Below are positions 58,179 through 64,000 of a stretch of DNA of 64,000 nucleotides, in pieces. Source of the stretch: Octopus vulgaris (lineage: Eukaryota). The stretch is from contig OX597826.1 of assembly GCA_951406725.2 (NCBI GenBank), forward strand, positions 28,768,001-28,832,000, in the 5' to 3' direction. Positions within the stretch are counted from its first letter, which is position 1, and each line of letters begins with the position of its first letter. The notes below the pieces were generated by a model that worked only from the letters and a program-made list of their open reading frames with translations, was not told the DNA's origin and searched no databases. A program made the translations under genes and the position numbers.

Positions 58179-59357
58179 TTCAGATAATATTTTTAAGCAA
58201 AAAGAAACTAGAACGAGGTAATATAATGGTGATCAGTCTCGTTCAGAAATGCGCTGGGGGAGATATCTACCCCTGAATGATCGGGCAGAGTTTTCCTTTT
58301 GAGTGGTAGCTATGGCGAAAGAGGTGGACAAATTTGAAAGAACTGAACCCAGATACTTTCCCCTTTTGCTAAGTTTTTATCCTTTTCAAGCGCTATTGAT
58401 AAAGAAAGATGGCTGACGTGACAGACAGACAGAGCGATTCAGTTGATTCATTAAAAAGTTGGTGAGTTTCAAGTGTGATTTGTATGAATAGGCTAACATT
58501 CAGCCACCTCCTACAGACAGGAGAACCACAATTGGGGTTGTTGTCCCTAAATGGTTCGTTTCGTGTCTTTTCCTAAGTGTAACCTTATTTTACACACCTT
58601 TTTTGTCCAAATCGATTGAATGTAGACCTGCTCCATTTTGCTGATTCGTCCTTCTTATGTCTTCTCATGCTTTCACCATTGTTGCATAAACTGAAGTAAA
58701 TATTGCTGTAACTAGTGTTGATATTGGGATTATTATTATTGTTGTTGGTGGTGGTAGTGCTGTTGTTGTTGTTTTCTTGTTGTTGTTCTTGTTGTTGTTG
58801 TTCTTGTTGTTGTTGTTCTTCTTCTTCTTCTTCTTTTTCTTCTTCTTCTTCTTTTTCTTCTTCTTCTTTTTCTTCTTCTTCTTGTCACTACAACTGCTTA
58901 TATTGATGGTGGTGGTAACGATGTAGTTACTGTTACTCTGTATTCCTTTTGATTGCCACTGCAGAAGACACAATCCCATTATATACATACATACATACAT
59001 ACATACATACATACATACATACATACATACATACATACATACATGCATATATAAATATATATATGTATGTATATATATGTGTGTGTGCGTGTATTTATTA
59101 AAAGCAGCAGAAATATCACAAAATATCATGTTCCCGACAAACAGGAATGTGAAACTCTGAGTAACAGTTTTTGTGATATTTCTGCTGCTTTAATAAAACA
59201 TATTACTCTATCTCTGGTATTTGAGTCCTTTTTTTTCCCACCTTGTTTCACATTTATGTGATTACTCCGTATGTATGTATGTATGTATGTATGTATGTAT
59301 GTATGTATGTATGTATGTATGTATGTATGTATGTATGTATGTATGTGTGTATATATG

Positions 59358-59423
<66 letters not shown>

Positions 59424-60249
59424 CATACGTACATACATACATACATTCATACATACATATACACATAATACAGACAGACATGCATAGAGACGCACACACA
59501 CACACAAAACTATTATTAATGTTTATTTTACAATCTTTCTACCCAGCTGACGACTCTAACCAACAACCAAACATTTTTCTACAAAACAAAAAAGCAACAG
59601 AAAATAGAACGAAAGAAAGAAACTAACTAGCAAAAGAAAAAAGTAAAAAGACCAACAATGACAGCAAAACAACGGAGTGGCCTGCAACACCAACGAACTA
59701 GTTTGTATAGTCTGTATTATTCTTCCCTTTCAACAAAGAATTACTGCAAAAGAAGAAACAATTTTACGAATCAGATCTTAACACCAATTAAATACTTTTT
59801 CATGTTGCGATTTTTACAAAAATGTATTTTAGTTGTTGATTATTGTTGCTGTTGCTGTTGCTTGCTGTATTTTTATGTATGTCTTCTGTTAGTTCTTTAA
59901 CTTCGTTGCATTTCATTCGTTGTATTTTTTAACCTTTGTTCCTGATTTTTTTTTGTCCGGTTATTTTGTAACTGTCATGTCTTTCTTCTTTTTTTTTCTT
60001 TTAAATTTTATTTTCTATTCATTGCAAAACACACCTGTTGTTAAATCTTTACTCAGTTTAGTCGTTACTCTGGTTACATACTATGCACAATCGTAATGTC
60101 TGCCATTCGTTCTTATAATAACAACCAGCAGAAAACTGTCCGAAAAGGAGGTCTTTCTGCTAACTGAACACAATTTGGCCGACATTGGATTAAATTTATA
60201 ATTTCACGACATGCTTTTACAGATACGTGTTTAGAAAATACTGACATAA

Positions 60250-60297
<48 letters not shown>

Positions 60298-60435
60298 AGA
60301 GAAACAGACAGACAAACAGAGACAGAGAATGACACTTAGAAAATTCTATCTCGTAATAAATTGAAATTAATTAGTTTCCTGTAATTAAAATCTTCAATAA
60401 TAAAACCTTGGAAATGACATTTCCATAAATATATA

Positions 60436-60615
60436 CCGAATTTTAACGTGTATAAGGAGCCCTAGTGTATAAGAAAACCCCTAATTTTGGATGCTTAAAA
60501 TTCGGGGAAAAAATGGTTTTGTAAGGAATTATAATACTATTTATGTATGAGAAATTCCCATATTTTATAACCTAATTTTTGAAAAAAAGGGTTCCTTATA
60601 CACGTTAAAGTACGG
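60436..60615. mobile_element. MITE with TA target duplication
   Basis: TA-ccgaattttaacgtgtataagg ... ccttatacacgttaaagtacgg-TA. Confidence 0.75.
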
Positions 60616-60877
60616 TAATTGGAATTTTAAGAATTTTCTAGATAGTATAGGTTTTAACAGTTGCTTTCTTTTAGTAAAAGCCACATACTCCAAACCAACT
60701 TAGAAGTAGTTTATTTTTTAGGTTATCAATCATCTTTGCTTTTGATTTCAGCGAACTGAACAGAACGCATTTCTTTCTGTTTTATACCCGTGTTTGAACT
60801 ATGCACTCCTCTCTCCCGTGCTCCGTGTCTATGTATACCTATCTATGTACATGTACATGATAAATAATAAATAATAT

Positions 60878-60923
<46 letters not shown>

Positions 60924-61018
60924 CGGGAAGGTTTACGAAAATAAACAAAAGACGAAGGCAGGTGGAGTACAAACAAACAATGTATTAGTATGGCGCTCAG
61001 GAATAGAAATAAAACAAG

Positions 61019-61056
61019 TCTTTTACGTTTCGAGCCTACGCTCTTCGACAGAAAGA
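61019..61056 (-). ncRNA. Hammerhead-like motif, CUGUCGA core (element 60922-61110)
   Basis: Minus strand tcttt-CTGTCGA-a-gagc(gtag)gctc-GAAA-cg-TA-aaaga. Confidence 0.65.
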
Positions 61057-61108
61057 TACACAGAAAAGAAACAAGGAGAAAAAAAAGTTGCGTGTAGGGG
61101 CTAACGAT

Positions 61109-61179
<71 letters not shown>

Positions 61180-61313
61180 TCAATAAATGGTTGGGTTGTG
61201 TTGACCGCACGTGGAGAAATGATAAGCAAGGAAAAATTGTAAAAATGCAGAATGCTAAATTGAAAGAAAATTTTAATGAAATGAGAAATTGATAAAATAT
61301 ATAAATATATATT

Positions 61314-61355
61314 TATTCAAACCGGTTTTCGTCATAATGTGACTTATCAAGAATA
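61314..61355 (-). ncRNA. Hammerhead ribozyme, U3-A8 variant, left arm of long inverted repeat
   Basis: Minus strand tattc-TTGATAA-gtca(catta)tgac-GAAA-accggt-TT-gaata. Stem III palindrome AACCGGTT. Confidence 0.75.
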
Positions 61356-62572
61356 GTTAGGTAAAAAAAATTTCTAAAAGTGAGAAAGGGGAAAAAAGAA
61401 AGTTGCATTGTTTTTTGCAAAAGAATAATAATAAATATGTACAAAAATTAAAAAATAAGTACTCCGATACATTGTGAATTCGTTGTGTATCTTGAGTTTA
61501 ATGATTGTTCACGAAAAAATTACCTTGAGGTATTAGGATCCAATGGGATTAAGACCATGTGTTCTTCAGTTCCTGTGTTGTGAATAAGGGGAGACAACTC
61601 TTTTGCATTCTTCAATTTGTGTTTCTCAAACTCCCCTGCAATAAAGGCTGCTAATAAACCCCAAATTATAAAATTATCATTTTAGCTTCATTTGCATTAT
61701 CTTTTTTATATAATTGTTTGTTAACTTAACTTTCAGATTTTAACACTTTATTTATATTATTTTCTAATTATATAAATTTGCATGGACCAATTTATAATTA
61801 CATTTCAGATTGTTATATCATATATAATAAAAATGATAGTAATAACAACAATGAAAAATTCCAAACACAACTTAATATGCAAACTCCTCGTTGATCAAAC
61901 TTCCTTTTTCTACCTCATTCTTCATGGATGGACTAACACAAATATATAAGGATACCATGCATTCTCCTTTTTCTACCTCATTCTTCATGGATGGACTAAC
62001 ACAAATATATAAGGATACCATGCATTCATCACTTCAAGCTAAAACTTATATTCTTTAAATATCATTTTTACTATTGTTGTTATTACTATCATTTTTATTA
62101 TATATGATATAACAATCTGAAATGTAATTATTAATTTTGTCCATGCAAATTTATATAATTAGAAAATAATATAAATAAAGTGTTAAAATCTGAAAGTTAA
62201 GTTAACAAACAATTATATAAAAAAGATAATGCAAATGAAGCTAAAATGATAATTTTATAATTTGGGGTTTATTAGCAGCCTTTATTGCAGGGGAGTTTGA
62301 GAAACACAAATTGAAGAACTCAAAAGAGTTGTCTCCCCTTATTCACAACACAGGAACTGAAGAACACATGGTCTTAATCCCATTGGATCCTAATACCTCA
62401 AGGTAATTTTTTTCGTGAACAATCATTAAACTCAAGATACACAACGAATTCACAATGTATCGGAGTACTTATTTTTTAATTTTTGTACATATTTATTATT
62501 ATTCTTTTGCAAAAAAACCATGCAACTTGCTTTTTTCCCCCTTTCTCACTTTAAAAATTTTTTTTACCTAAC

Positions 62573-62614
62573 TATTCTTGATAAGTCACATTATGACGAA
62601 AACTGGTTTGAATA
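62573..62614 (+). ncRNA. Hammerhead ribozyme, U3-A8 variant, right arm of long inverted repeat
   Basis: tattc-TTGATAA-gtca(catta)tgac-GAAA-actggt-TT-gaata. Confidence 0.7.
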
Positions 62615-62703
62615 AATATATATTTATATATTTTATCAATTTCTCATTTCATTAAAATTTTCTTTCAATTTAGCATTCTGCATTTTTACAATTTTTCCTT
62701 GCT

Positions 62704-62802
<99 letters not shown>

Positions 62803-62814
62803 CATGCATATATG

Positions 62815-63415
62815 GGTACAGGACGTCACCAATGGTGCAAATAACATGAAATACATAAACAAATGAGGGGAACCGAATAAAATATGTAAATAACAAGAAA
62901 AAATAGAAAACAAACAGGACAAGTAAACACAGAGAAAGGACCCTTCATCAGTTGTAGGCTGTCTATCTACTCCTCATTTCGAGCATTCAATGACAATATG
63001 AGTCTTCAAAGACAGTTGCTCTCATAAGTTCTCAAATAAAATTGAGGATTTATGGAGGGTCAAAGTTGGGAACAAAAAAATGACAATGGAGACATACAAG
63101 GAAACCAAACGAAAACAAACATGGATGGTCGTTAGATCAGAACGAGAAGAAAATAGTGAACGCTGGGAGAAGCATTTTTTGAAAAGAGAAAAGATAGAAG
63201 AGAGGGAGAGAAAATACGTCCGTTCTTTTCAACGTCCGTGCAGGAAAAGAAAGATGGTCACGTGAGAAAAAGAAAGATGGACGATGGTCACGTGTAAGCA
63301 ACGAGAGAGAGAGAGAGAAAGAGAAAGAAAGGTGGGGAGATAGATAGATAGAAAACAGTGAAGGAAGGAGGGAGAGTAAACGGGAATTAGAGAAGGATGG
63401 AAGAAGAAAACTATA
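62815..63415 (-). mobile_element. Unclassified (TA)n-inserted repeat, possibly a PLE 3' remnant
   Basis: Non-simple sequence between TA runs with isolated CTGATGA and GAAA motifs on the minus strand. No complete fold found. Confidence 0.35.
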
Positions 63416-63911
63416 TATACTATTATACATACTTTTATTCGGGGAATAACGTGTAGTTGAAAGAGATATTAAGTTTGTATCTTGGGACGTCTGTATCTTG
63501 GGATGTCTGTACGTTGGGACAATAAAAACATAATGGGGACGAACACCAACACCCTAAGTTGCTGGCTCGAATAATAGTTTTGACATATCTTTCTCAGCAT
63601 GAAACCAATGATTGTCTTATGCTGTTATACACCACTGGTCACAACGCATTTTCACATCGTTTTTTAGCATTCGAGTGATGCCAACCGGCTGGTTAGACAA
63701 ACTGGTTGGGATTCCCCACTGATCGGAAGCCTAGTCCGTCGCAGGGTTGCTCATTTACAGCTGAGTGGACTGCAGCAACATGAAATGGAGTGCCTTGCTC
63801 AAGACTTCAACGTGTTGATCGGTCCCGAAATCGAAACAACAATTTAGCGATGGCGACTGCAGCGCACTAACTGGTAGACTACGCACCTTCACACATATAT
63901 GCACACACAGG

Positions 63912-63948
<37 letters not shown>

Positions 63949-64000
63949 CTTACACATATCGCACGCCACGTATAGTAGTAGGAGAGCGCCATATATACAA

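Larger units (their letters stand above)
61222..62706. mobile_element. PLE-derived long inverted repeat (arms of about 630 bp, 220 bp spacer)
   Basis: 61222-61852 is a near-perfect reverse complement of 62073-62706. The spacer begins EKFQTQLNMQTPR* (61853-61894), which resembles PLE C-termini. It contains an about 60 bp tandem duplication. Confidence 0.85.

Noticed and set aside
61222-62706. DNA transposon with 630 bp TIRs
   Set aside because: There is no transposase remnant. The arms carry HHRs and the spacer resembles a PLE ORF end, so a retro-derived inversion fits better.
62935-63020. Hammerhead on the minus strand (CTGATGA and GAAA present; similar at 51305-51350)
   Set aside because: Consistent stems I-III could not be built, and motif order and pairing do not fit.

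Overview
AT-rich eukaryotic DNA packed with microsatellites and transposon remnants. No host protein-coding exon, rRNA, true tRNA gene or CRISPR array is supportable. The repeat style resembles an octopod cephalopod genome (inference). Almost all ORFs in the track are translations of (TA)n, (TAA)n, (CATA)n, (GAA)n and (TG)n runs. The real coding remnants are: (1) an uninterrupted Penelope-like retroelement (PLE) RT + GIY-YIG ORF at 31804-34131; (2) two GIY-YIG fragments of a sister PLE family, one with a 5' inversion; (3) R4/Dong-like RLE retrotransposon fragments; (4) a 5'-truncated CR1/L2-group LINE; (5) a decayed mariner; (6) an internally deleted Tc1. There are also non-autonomous Helitrons, MITEs/foldbacks and three tRNA-derived SINE families. 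The main hidden signal is at least 16 minimal type I hammerhead ribozyme (HHR) motifs, found by manual folding, from about ten sequence families. Each lies about 35-200 nt upstream of a (TA)n run. Each has a different but self-complementary stem III, and several carry compensatory or unusual core variants. Different retroelement groups appear to occupy different microsatellite motifs. Coordinates were read by eye and element boundaries are approximate.
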